A stretch of DNA of 64,000 nucleotides from Lama guanicoe (taxonomy: Eukaryota): the NCBI GenBank assembly GCA_013239625.1, contig MU054662.1, forward strand, positions 8,063,062 to 8,127,061. The letters are read 5' to 3'. Position 1 is the stretch's first letter; each line of letters starts with the position of its first letter. A program made the position numbers and the translations under genes. Below the pieces are notes generated by a model. The model did not search any database. It saw only the letters and a list, made by a program, of their open reading frames with translations, and was not told where the DNA came from. Positions 1 through 11,290 of the stretch are shown in pieces.

Positions 1-459
1 ATGTCCCTGTTTCTAGTTCTATGATAAATCATTGGTTCTCCTTTGGATCAGTCAGTGATGCCCCCTCACCCCCCCGCTTGTGCCCGGGAGTAAGGCCAGG
101 TGCTTCTGTCTGCCTGATCAGAGTACTTAACCGTGAGTACCCAGCGGTACAGGGAGGGCCATCAGCAAAGCTCCCCCCATGTGCTGGTTGTGTACTGGGT
201 GCCAACCCTGCCTTTTCTCTGGGCCTCAGCTTTCCCAGAAATGCAATGGGAGCATGTGGCACCACTCCCCAAGGATGCGTCCTGCTTTCCTGGTGCTCTG
301 TTCCCCACACCCTCTCCTGCCCTGGCAGACCCCCGCTCCTTCCTTCCCGGCTGTCGGGGGTGGGGGGAGCTTATGAGGACAGGGTGGGGGCAGCAAATGG
401 AGGAGATCTGCTGCCGGGACTAGTTTAGGCAAACAGCAGGGACTGCTGGCGGAGGCTCC

Positions 460-663
460 NNNNNNNNNNNNNNNNNNNNNNNNNNNNNNNNNNNNNNNNN
501 NNNNNNNNNNNNNNNNNNNNNNNNNNNNNNNNNNNNNNNNNNNNNNNNNNNNNNNNNNNNNNNNNNNNNNNNNNNNNNNNNNNNNNNNNNNNNNNNNNNN
601 NNNNNNNNNNNNNNNNNNNNNNNNNNNNNNNNNNNNNNNNNNNNNNNNNNNNNNNNNNNNNNN
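460..663. other. N-block 1 (204 bp; gap or masked sequence)
   Basis: Run of N in unique GC-rich sequence. Confidence 0.95.
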
Positions 664-1288
664 GGAGGGGGAGAGGCTGCCCTAGGGCCAGACTGGGCCC
701 CGCAGAAAGTGGCTTTCTCAAGTCTTGTCTTCCTTCACACAAAGGGTGTGGACCAGAGGGACAGGACAGGCAGACTGTCTCCCTGTCCTGGCTCTCCCTC
801 GCCCCTTCTCTTTGCCACCCTCCCACCCCCGCTTAGCCACAGACCGCCCAGCCCAGCTCGGCCTGGTTGGAAGAAGTATCAGGTCTTTGTCTGGATCTGG
901 ACAACAGCTGCCTTGGCTGGGCTCAGAGCTGGGAGGAGAAAGTCCTGGAATGGTGTATAGTGGGTGGGGGAGGGGGCTTTTACTGGCTTCCATCTCTGCA
1001 CCCTTCCATCCAGCTTCTCCAGGACCCTCGCAATGCCATTCGCCCCACCCTCAGTGACCTCAGGAGAAGACGGGGTTGTAGTCAGTCCTCTCCCCATTTT
1101 TGGAGGATGGAAAGGGCCTTTCTCAAGCCCCTTAGGAATAAACTCCCTGAACCTGAGCAGGTTGGTGCCACACCTGAAACTTGCAGAAAGGGAGATTGAC
1201 CAGAGGAGAACATACAGATCAGGAGCTACCAGGGACCTTGACCCATTTTCTGGGTGAGGAACTGAGACCTGGGGGAAAGGGATGGCCT

Positions 1289-1312
1289 GGGGGTGGGGTG
1301 GGGTGGGGGGGG
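1289..1312 (+). other. G-quadruplex-forming motif G5-T-G4-T-G4-T-G8
   Basis: GGGGGTGGGGTGGGGTGGGGGGGG; four G-tracts with 1-nt loops. Confidence 0.7.
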
Positions 1313-1673
1313 CGTCGCACCTCCTTTCCTGGGCGGAAAGTTCCCAGCCTCCCTCCTCCTCCTGTTGAGCTCGCTGTTCAGCTCCAGAAACCATGAGGGA
1401 TGCCAGAGCTCCCTCCCTGGGGCCCCTGGAATGCAGCTCAGGCTGCTGTGGACTTGGGGGCTGTGGGGACTTTGTCACTGGACATAAGTTTATTTCTAGG
1501 AAGGAGCCATTAGCAAATGGGGAAACTGAGGTCAGGGATAGTGTCTCTGAGTAGGCCTAATAACTGCAGGGGTGGGCTTTGGGGCTGGGGTTTGGTGTCG
1601 TGAGAAGTGACCAGGGTGGTCCCTCCTAAGACCTGGAGAGGCATAGTGTATTCTTGGGGGTGACTTGTCCAGC

Positions 1674-2261
1674 TGTTGTCGGAGAATAGTTTCTTGCCTC
1701 GTACAGGAAAGAATCCAAGAGCGAGGCATAGGAAAGTGAAAGCAAGTTTATTTAGAGAGATACATACTCCACAGAGTGTGGCCAGTCTCACTCAGAAGGG
1801 AGTGCGACTTAGGAAATACACGCTCCATAAGTAGAACGTGGGCCGTCCCAAAAGGCGAGAGGGGGAGAGAGAGAGATGGGGGTGTTTAGTTTAAAGTAAA
1901 AGCAGATAAACACTCCACAGACAGAGTGTGGGCCATCTCAGAGGGCAAGAGAGAGTGGGAGCACCACGAGGTGCTCGGTTGTGAGTTTCTATGGACTTGG
2001 TAATTTCATATGCTAATGAGTAGAAGGATTATTACAACTATGTTGGGGAAGGGGAGAGGATTTCTAAGAAATGTCCGCCCTTACTTTCTGACCTTTCATG
2101 GTCAGCTTAGGAACTGTCATGGCACCTGTGGGTGCCATGTGAGGCTCAAGGTCTACTGGAAATTGGATCTTCTGCCATCTTGGTTGTAACCAGTTTGTCC
2201 TGTCCTCAACTGCTGTGTCATTCCTTCAGTGGCTGTGCCCTGCCCCTTCCCTCCTGTCTCA
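1674..2261 (-). mobile_element. Solo LTR, ERV1 class
   Basis: TG...CA termini; 4-bp TSD CAGC at 1670-1673 and 2262-2265; minus-strand AATAAA (plus TTTATT 1747-1752); minus-strand start TGAGACAGGAGGGAAGGGGCAGGGCAC; internal subrepeats. Confidence 0.9.
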
Positions 2262-2569
2262 CAGCTGTCTTGCTCCTCTATTCTATTAAATAGTTCTTCA
2301 ACTGTCAAAGGACCTAGGCCTTTCTTCCTCTCCCCTCATCCCATTTACCACCCCACCGCCTTGAAAGGACGGGACAGATGTCCTTTCTTCCATGCACCAC
2401 AGCTGCAGCCAGACGCATTTCCCTAATCCCCGGAAACAGGTGTGGAGGGATTGTCAGCCCCCTGGGGATGAGGGGCATTCTGGAAGATGGCCAGTTTTAG
2501 AAGCTGCATGAGTTTCCATCCTCCTCTGGCCCCATCTGTGAAATGGGAGAGTTGCCTTAGATTAGCACA

Positions 2570-2775
2570 TCCCAAAGTGGGCTCTACAGCATAGAGAGCT
2601 CTGGGTGGCAGGGGGAGGGGGAGTTCCAAAGCCAAACAAACTTAGGGAATGCTGCATGAACGCCAGAGTTACAGGGCTCATTACAACTTTAAAGATTTTA
2701 ACAAGTCCAGCATTCAAGAAAACCAAGTTTAACTGAGGGCTTTGTAAACCTTTATGTCCATGGCACCCTCATTTC
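2570..2775. mobile_element. MER103C-like hAT-Charlie DNA transposon fragment
   Basis: CCCAAAGTG...AAACTTAGGGAATGCTGCAT...AAGTCCAGCATTCAAGAAAACCAAGTTTAAC resembles MER103 consensus. Confidence 0.55.
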
Positions 2776-3689
2776 AAATCCTGCGAACAGTCTCACCTGG
2801 CAAACATCAGCCTCTACAAGAGAGGCCTTACTCTGTTCAGGTCCCTCATCAACATCTGAGATGCTCACACCAGTTCCCGGCAGCACAGGTGGCCCTGTGA
2901 CAAGACCCCCAAACCCTGGGCTCGACCCTTCTGCACTCCCCCACCGCCTCCCCCTGGCCGGCTGCCCAGCTTTGCTGAGATGATCTCATTCCAGATAGAG
3001 ACATCGGTGTCTGGCGCAGACATAGACAGAGGCCTTGGCCTGGACCTTCAGAGAGAGAGCAAAGGTGGAGAATCAGTCCCGGGCTGTCTCAGGTTTCTTG
3101 AGGGAGGGACGCCCTCACAGCTCCACTGCCACCCCCAACTGCCCCCTAAGATGTGTGGGTCATCTGTAGTTTTACTGCTTGAAAAAGTGAGGCAATGCTT
3201 CTTGAACAAGGGGAGGAGAAAATTCCAGCTGCCACGTGTCTAGAGAAAGGACTCTGAATGGGGAAGCTTCAAAAAGGAAAAGTGATAAAAATCTAGTTAT
3301 CCCCCAAAAAAACAAAAAGGAAAAGTGCCCCCTCCTCCCTACTATCCAAACTTTCAGAAATACAACCTCATATTCGCCAGCCTTTAAATTTTCCAAACGC
3401 TTTGTCTGTCCAAGACCTTGTCTGTCCATCAGGAGACCGTAGTGGTGGAGTGGCAATGGCGTGGGCCATGAGGCAGAATACCTGGGCTGTACCCCAGCTC
3501 CGGAACTGTCCGGGTCTCTGCCCATGGTCACTTCTGCCGCTACCCTGTCATTCCGTGTCTCAGGAAAGAGGAATAGGTGCTTTCTCACAGGGCTTTTGGG
3601 AGAACTGAATTATATGATGGATGTGACCGTGGCCAGCATGCAGGAGGAGCTCGGTAAGCATTAACTTAGGAACATTAAACGCCCAAGGA

Positions 3690-3810
3690 GGCATGATTTC
3701 TCTTTTTTTAAGAAAGAAGAAAACTGAGGCTCAGACCAGCTAAGCAACTTGTCCAAGGTCACACAGCTGGTCGGTCCCCGGATCCCCAAACCTCTGCTTT
3801 CCCACTTTAC
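3690..3810 (-). mobile_element. MIR SINE
   Basis: Core AAACTGAGGCTCAGA...AACTTGTCCAAGGTCACACAGCT. Confidence 0.85.
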
Positions 3811-4429
3811 GTCATTCCCAGGAAAATGTCTCTGAATGGGTCTGTCTCAGTGGTTTCTGAGGGCATTCAGCAATAGTGATTTCCTTTACCCTTGAAACTT
3901 TCACGCTCCCTGAACAAGTGAAATGCTCGCAGGAGAGAGACTGCAGGACAGGCCTGCTTTCTTGGAGGGGCTGGGTGGGGGCTGTGGAGGTGGGAGGTGG
4001 GAGGTGGGTATTAGTTCTTCGGAAAACAGCTTTTTAAAAATAAAAGTAGGTTTATGAATTAAGATGATCTCGATTCAGTTTGCCCAGAGCTCCTCCCCTG
4101 AGAAGGGAGAACATTTTCTCCTGGCTCCCTTCCTGGCTGCCCAGACCCTGCACCCCGCCAGCAGGTACCTCTCGTTCACCTGTGCAGCTGCAGAATTTCT
4201 TACTAGGTTTCAGCCCCTTTTCTTACAGCAGCAAAACCAATCACACCCAAGACCTGGGGGGCAGGATAGGCCTCAGTGCTTTCTTCCTATGCTTGACTCA
4301 GGCTTTAAATCACTTTCTTTAGAACATGGAAATGAGAATAGAACAGAGAGAAATGAGAAAAACAAGAATGCCCGTAATGTGCTATACTCACTGTGCTAGG
4401 ATCTTAGGAGTGTGCCTTCTGCAAACATC

Positions 4430-4600
4430 GTGTCTCTGTTTTGACTTTTTCGTCAGTGAGAGGCTGTTTAGAGCCCTAAGGAAGAAGGGGCTCTGTTCCT
4501 GCAAGGTGTCAGCCTGTGATTGCTGTCACTGCGTCTGTTACTGTCATTTAAGCAGCATGGACCCTGATCAGCATATTCGTTTGGCTAAATTATCTTTTCT
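4430..4600. promoter_or_regulatory. Candidate enhancer with clustered TALE-homeodomain (MEIS/TGIF) TGACA sites
   Basis: TGTCA at 4507, CTGTCA at 4523 and 4541, TGATTG at 4517; repeat-free context. Confidence 0.3.
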
Positions 4601-5019
4601 GCTACCTCCATTCCCCTCTTATCATCTGGAAAGTTCAGAGCCCGTGAAGTTGGGAGGAGTGGGTAGGCTTGTTGGTGAAGCTCGAGCAGCTGGTCTACCA
4701 GACTTATCCCTACATGCTCGCAGGCGCACTCCTGTGCCCACGCAGACCTCGCGGTCCCTGGAGAGGGAATGGAGGGAAGGATGCGCTGGTTCTGGAGGTT
4801 CGGCAGAGGGGGGCTTTCTCTGAAGCCAGCCCCGCCCTCTACCTGCGGTGGCCACTCTCCCGTGCCCTTTCAGAGGCAGAAGCAGGCTCTCTGAATAAAG
4901 TGAGAGGAAGAAGGAGGAATTCTACTCTCCAGACTTTAAGCTGGGATGATTTCTAGCTCTGCTCATCTCATTGGAAGGGCTGGCCCTACTCCGGTGGGTA
5001 CCTGGGAGTAAAAACAACA

Positions 5020-5290
5020 AACAACGCCAAACATCTTCCAGCGCTGATCGATAAGCTCTGATCACACCACAGGCACGATTTCCTGCTCAGCTTTCTGATG
5101 GAGGGCACCTCTGTGTGTGTGTGTGTGTGCGCTCTGCTGATTTGCGGGCGCTTTGTGGCTCAGGAGAATAAGAGGAGTGGGGCTGGGGGCAGGGGATTGT
5201 CTTTGAGCGGAAGCCTGATTAGAGCAAGTTGCTAATCAGCACTATTTGTGAAGGTGTTTTGTACAGGAGCTTGCGGTAAGTGATGGGAGG
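5020..5290. promoter_or_regulatory. Candidate conserved non-coding element/enhancer
   Basis: Repeat-free, retained CpGs, TGATCGATAA (CUX/ONECUT-like) 5045-5054, CTGATTAG/CTAATCAG dyad 5215-5239, (TG)9 at 5112-5129. Confidence 0.35.
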
Positions 5291-5634
5291 GGGTGGGACG
5301 CCGTGAGACAAGGGAGAAGCACCACATCAGTGTCTGACGGTCAGAGAAAGGTTGAGACAATCTGTGGGCCTCTCTCGTCTGAGTGGGTCTGGCTCGAGGG
5401 TCATGAGAGTCTCAGAAGGACTGAACACAGGAGCCGGGACCAGTGGACCCGGGAGGTGAGCAGAGAACAGCCACTCCGCCCTGCATCATTCCCCTGTCTG
5501 AAGATGTGGGCCCAGCAGGCAGGCTGTGGCTCAGAAACCAGGGAATGGGGTCAAAAAGCATCTCTTGGCCCAGATTTCCCTTTTCCCTCTGTGTCTAGTA
5601 CTCGGGAACCATATGCTGGGAAAGCTTCGTCATT

Positions 5635-5795
5635 GTAACAGTGGGAAGAATTTTGATTTGGAGTAGGGAGACCTTGGATCTGTCACGTGGCCTTTCAGAA
5701 CCTGGATTTCCGGTGTGTAAAATGAAGGCTGATAACAGCCCCGAATGCTTCATGGAACCGTGGGGTCAAATGTGACGTGGGAGAGTGCCTTTTCA
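5635..5795 (+). mobile_element. MIR SINE (diverged)
   Basis: TTGGAGTAGGGAGACCTTGGATC...GTGTAAAATGAAGGCTGATAACAG. Confidence 0.6.
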
Positions 5796-6372
5796 AGGCA
5801 GACCGATGTATGTTTTGTTTTAATTGAGTGGAGTTTGCTCACCAGCTAATTGCTGGGCTGGGGGCCGGGGCTGAAGCTGGAGCCAGGTATGATGTGGAAG
5901 TCACTCTCAACTGCGACCTTCAGGAAGTTATCCCAGGTGAATATGGCTTGCCATAACACCGTTTAAAGCATAGAAAGCTGGTTAAGAGGCCTTAGAATAA
6001 AAGCTCCTGGAAGGCAGGGGAGCTGGTTGCTGAATATGACAGAAATCTCTGGTTTCAAGGAGAAGCTGGTTCAGTGGTGGTGTTTCTTCTCTACCTGCGA
6101 GATCTGGACCTGGGCGAGCACTTTAAACCCACAACTCTGCTGCATCATCTCTGAGAATTCTGTGGCCCTCTCTGGGACAGGCTGAAGAGGCCAGGAAGTG
6201 GCTTTGGTCCCATCTGTCATTCTGGCACCAGAGGCCAACAACTGCAGTTTCCTGGAGGGGAGTTGAGGGAGCAGCCTGGGCAGGGGGTGCCACACGGCAG
6301 TGGGGGTGTTACCGTCTCATGCCCTTTTACCTGGGCGATGCCGAAGGTGGTCCCTGGAACTAACCGCAAATG

Positions 6373-6528
6373 NNNNNNNNNNNNNNNNNNNNNNNNNNNN
6401 NNNNNNNNNNNNNNNNNNNNNNNNNNNNNNNNNNNNNNNNNNNNNNNNNNNNNNNNNNNNNNNNNNNNNNNNNNNNNNNNNNNNNNNNNNNNNNNNNNNN
6501 NNNNNNNNNNNNNNNNNNNNNNNNNNNN
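6373..6528. other. N-block 2 (156 bp)
   Basis: Run of N in unique sequence. Confidence 0.95.
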
Positions 6529-6639
6529 CGTAATGCTTGTCAGACTTGTTCTCGAGATGTCCTTCTCTTGGCACCTCCCCCAGCCCCAGCCCAAAGTTAC
6601 CCTGAAGAACCCTACAGGTATTCATCATCCTGATGGAAA

Positions 6640-6840
6640 TTTTCATTTTATTTCTCCTGCAGGAACCGTCTGATCTCTTTCTTTATATTTATGCTTCCTC
6701 TATATGGCAGCGTAAATAATTAATGCCATTATAAACACATCCTTTGCAAAATATTTATTAGAAAAAATAACTCTTTAATTTGGCACGTCATTTAATTCCA
6801 CTTTGTAATCATAGCACATGGGCTATGATTAATGCCAAGA
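6640..6840. promoter_or_regulatory. AT-rich, homeodomain-site-dense candidate enhancer next to N-block 2
   Basis: TAATTAAT, TTTAATTT and TTTAATTC motifs plus a 26-bp near-palindrome at 6806-6831, in GC-rich surroundings. Confidence 0.4.
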
Positions 6841-7229
6841 CTGGGGAGCCCAGCCTGCTAACCCTTGCAGAGATGCGACAACGTCTCCCAGGCAAAGCCC
6901 GCTTGGCCCCTTGGCCCTTTGGCCGTTGGTTCCTTGTGTGGATTTGGTGGATGGAGGCAGATGGTGTCCACTGCTTGGTGTGGGACTGAGAGTGAGTCTG
7001 GGAATGAGACAGGAAACCCACTTCTCTCTCCAGCAGAAGCGGGTGAGGGTGGTCTAGGTCTCTCCAAGAGCATTTCGTTACGTGCATCCTGAAGGATGCG
7101 GAGACATCTAGGCCTTGGGGGTGTGGGCACGGTGTGGGGGTTGCCCTGGTTTTTTGTGTTGATGGGTTCCCACAAAGGGTTGGCTTGAGAATAGTAACAA
7201 GTAGTTTCCTAGAGACTGGGGTTCATGCT

Positions 7230-7345
7230 CGCATTTATTTATTTTTTATTTACTGAGAGCTTCACCCAAGCTGGGTATTGTTGTTGGCGCGAGAGATACA
7301 ACAGTAAACAAGACAGGCAACAGAGATGAGACCATTCACAGTTCC
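7230..7345 (-). mobile_element. L2 LINE 3' end
   Basis: TATTTACTGAG...GATACAACAGTAAACAAGACAG, the reverse-strand L2 tail signature. Confidence 0.7.
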
Positions 7346-9489
7346 AGAATATTCCACCGTGGCCTCTGCTCATTCCCCTTCCCCATTAACAATCTTTCTG
7401 GACCTTAAGGAGCCTGCCTCCCTGAACAGCTCCTCCCCAGGCTTTAAAGACTTATGCCTAGTATTTGAACAGCTTGGTGTTTCTGGCTTTATCGATTCCT
7501 AAGGGCTTAGCACAACCTTGCGAATAAGACTGCACCAGGACTGGCCACTGCCCCCGGGGAGGGACCCTGCGAGCTAGGTGAGTGGCATCAGCGTGGTCCT
7601 CCCTCTGCAGTAGGCGAGCGGCTCTATTTGGAGACCACTGATCCTGCCATCACAAGCCCCTCTGAGAGTCATCTTTGGGTCCAGACATTGGGGTGAAGTC
7701 TTGGGGGTTTTGATTTTGGTTTTAATGTGGCATTTGTTAGCCTTTCCCCCTATGGGTTAGCTTTTCTAAGTGTCCCCATGCCTGGCATCACATCATTCAG
7801 CTTGTGTTCCCAAACTAAAGTCTTCCATTCACTTGCGGCTCGGACTCTCATTAATTGGTTGGTGGGGCAGAGGATAATGAGGGAACGCCTGGGGAACAGC
7901 TTTATGTCGTAGTTAGCCATTAGCTGCTCGTTGTCTGTAAGGCCAGCGCGGCCTCCTTAGCTGGTAATTCCACCACGGAGAACATTGGGACAAGGGGCGC
8001 CCAGCTCCCAGCCCACCTTCCCAGACCGGCTCTGATGCTCACTGCAGTTCATGTCTCTCAAAATAGGATGGTGGGGAGAAAAAAACACGAATATCATAAC
8101 CGGCACCCGCCTGCCTCCCTGCACGTGGGCGCCTGGATCTGGGTGGATGCCAGAGGCAGGCTATTTGGGGAGGGTGACGTCTGACTTGAGAGGCCCTGTG
8201 GGACGGGTTTTCCAGGCAGGCCCGGCAGGGGCTCTTGCTTGGCTGGGATCAAAGAGGCTGAGCGTTGGCTGCCTTGGGGTTGGAACAGAAGGTTCGACAC
8301 AGATGACCCCTGGTGACTTGACTTCTGTGACCTTCTCAGGGGGCTGATGCTGCTTCTAGGGGTTTGAAGGGAGGAGGTTTGAATAACTTGGCTGCCCCAG
8401 GCCCTGTCACCCCGTCCTCCTGACGGCAGTGGTCACAGGACCTCTGCCCTCATGCTGGGTCCTACCCAGGCGCCAGGGTGTTTTCTGACCCTTCTTTGTC
8501 AGCCTCCTGCCCTGCTTTTAGGAAACAGGCCTCTGCATTTTTTTCGAAGACCACGTTCCCATTTGTGCCCTACGTCCTGTGTGTGAAGAGATTCATAATT
8601 TCTTTCTGGACTTCTCTGATGCGGAACACTACCTGGATGCATGTTCTCTGTTCTCTGAGTAGACCTTCCCCCATCTCTTCACCTGAAGGTCATACCTGGC
8701 TCAGCTCAGCTCTCAGCCCTACCCTGTCTCGTTCATTCACTCATTCACTCATTCACTCAGTGCTCACCACGCAGACCCTGTGCCTTAGCCACTGCGCTGA
8801 GTGCTTGGTTTTCAGCAGACTCGGTCCCTGCTCCCCAGAGGCTCTGGTTTCAGTTCTGCTTAGTCCTTCAATGTCTGTCCTGTCATGGAACTAGCAGAGT
8901 TAAGGGAAAGATAGCAGTAACTTGGTGACTTTTTCAAGAAAAAACCCCACAAGATCCATAAAGAATCATCTTCTCTGGGAGCCCTGCTCCAGCCTGTGGG
9001 CCAGCGCTTGCTCCTGGCTCCACCTGCCAGGAGCCCGGAAGTGAGGTAAGTCAGTTGGAGCCGTAGAGGGGCCAGGCCGCGGCCACCCGCCCCCCTTACA
9101 GACACACCGCTGTGTCCCTTGGCCCCACTGATAAAACTGCTCTTCTTTCCTGATGTCTAGGGCCTAGGGTGGCAGGGCCATGGCTAAAAGTGCTGTAGTT
9201 TGTCCACAGCCCCTCAGGGCTTTATATTAAACTTGACAGACATCCAATAACCCAGGCCTCTTGCTTAGTCTCCTGGAACATTTGAAACAAATTGCATGGA
9301 GGCCTGGAGGTGGAGGGTGAGAACTGGCAGCTGGGGGGCCTCTGGGTCTCAGAGAGCATTGGCAGGGGGTGAAGAAAGCACTGCAGGTGCTTTCCATGAG
9401 TCCGTCTCCACGCGGCTGATTTGGGATCCTTGGGTGAGTGATCCGCTGATGGAAGGTCTGACTCTGGATGAGGAACACCTAACATAGAC

Positions 9490-9675
9490 GAAGCTCTTCA
9501 CCACTTCGTGATGCTCACGTTAACCCCCAGATGGGTCCTGCTGTCCCAGTTTTCTGACTGAGATGACCAAGACGCAGTAAGTTTGAATTGCCAAGGTCAT
9601 GTGACTAATACACGGGCCAACCAAGACTCAGTCAAGATATGATTCTATACCCCGTGTTCCTTTGACTGCCCATGT
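9490..9675 (-). mobile_element. MIR SINE (diverged)
   Basis: CCCAGTTTTCTGACTGAG...TTGCCAAGGTCATGTGACTAATA. Confidence 0.55.
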
Positions 9676-10669
9676 CCTTGGGTGCCCTCCCTGTCCCTCC
9701 CCTCCAGAGTACAGACGATTTAAGCTCTGCTCCACCCTGGACCGGGGCTGAGGATTAAAGAGCTCCTCCCCGGGTCTGGCTCTTGTCAAGTAAATAGGGC
9801 ACAGGGGTCCCCAGGCCTTTAGCACTGGGGCCTGATGCGTGGAGAGCAGCAGTGAGTCCGTGTCTTCCTGAAGCTGCTTTCCAGAGGACAGGGAATCGAC
9901 TTCTCCGCGTGCCCAATGCTCCTCGTTTCTGGGGGAGAAGAAAACACCTCTTGAGATGCTCTCTGAGATGTGGCTGTAGCGCAGGGAGGGCGTCCTGCAG
10001 GGGGAGCCGGGCCAGACCCTTCCTGTCATTGACCCAGGCCAACCTGCTGCCTCAGTCTTGAATTTGCGAAAACTCTCAGTCTGTTTGCCTGAAGGCCCAG
10101 GGCAAGAGGCTGAGTGTCAGGCCAGGAGACGGTGGCTGTGCGAGTCAGGAAGGCAGCTGATAAGATGAGCAAATTCCCCGGCGAGGCTCCGAGGTCATGG
10201 ATGCGTGTTTGCCTCTGCTTCTCACCACTTGAAATTCTCCTAAAAACCCAGAGGAGCAGCTGAAAATATCCCAGGTAATATGAAAATGAATAACGGCTCA
10301 GCAAACAGAGCCCAGCTTCTGAGCAAACAGCCGAAAAGGCAGGCAGCCCAGGCAAACCAAGGAAAGAGGAGAATGCGAAGGGGGGCTGGGTGCCTCAGAG
10401 AAAGAGAGACCAGGGCGTGAGGGCAGCGGGAGGCCGGCCCAGGGTCTCGTCTCGCCTCCAGTCCTCGTGGCCCCGGGCTGCCCTCTGTCCTGGAGACTGC
10501 CCTTCCACCCTGCTCTTCCTCAAGGGGTGAGGGCAGGCGGTGCAGAGAAGAAGCTTTCTGCTTTGACCTGGAAGGAGAGCCTTCTAGGTGTAAAGTGCCT
10601 CATGGTCTGGTGTCTTCCACTGTGGTTCTCTACACCAAAGGGGGATTTGGGAGCAAGAGTGGGCAGGCA

Positions 10670-10800
10670 GGAGGCCTGAGCTCCACTGTCTGTGTGACCT
10701 CGGGGCTCCTGTGGGCGACAGTTTCCTAATTAGCAAAATGAAAAGGTGGGACTACATGATTTCGGGGGGCAGGGGAGGGTCCTTTCAACTCTAACATACT
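10670..10800 (+). mobile_element. MIR/MIR3 SINE
   Basis: TGTGTGACCTCGGGG...CAGTTTCCTAATTAGCAAAATG...TTCAACTCTAACAT. Confidence 0.6.
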
Positions 10801-11124
10801 GTAGTGTGGGTTTTCCCCCCATAATCCACAAAGACTTGGGTAAGTGCACAGCTCCTTGTTGAGCTGTGAGAGTCAAGAGAGTGTAGTTACGCCTCATCCA
10901 ATTCCTCCACCAGCTTATCCTCTGAGACACCTTGGTCAGTCCCATCACAGGAGCAGAACCAGCAGAAGAGAATCTCCTACATTCTGAAAGTAAGCGCAGG
11001 GAGAGGCCAAATGAGAAGCTAACAGGAGTGGGGAAGGTGGCATCGCGCTGGCCCTGGGGCGGAGGGTGGAATTGTCTAGTGCCTAAGACAATTCTCCCTC
11101 ATCAAGGGCTTCCTCTGTGTCCAG

Positions 11125-11290
11125 AGCTGGGCTGAGCACTTTGCACTTACGATCTCGTTTACTTTTCTACTAAACCTTTGAGCTAAGTGTTATGATTGTC
11201 CCCACTTCGTGGATGAGACTCAGAGAACTCAGGTAACGCCCGTGGTCACATAGCCAGGTCTGAACGACCCATGTTCCTAACCACTGTGCT
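11125..11290 (-). mobile_element. MIR SINE
   Basis: GCTGAGCACTTTGCAC...ATCTCGTTTA...GGATGAGACTCAGAG...GGTCACATAGC...TAACCACTGTGC. Confidence 0.75.

Noticed and set aside
6618-6662. CAG|GTATTC ... TTTCTCCTGCAG apparent mini-intron
   Set aside because: 45 nt is below the usual mammalian minimum intron size, and the downstream sequence is AT-rich with stops.
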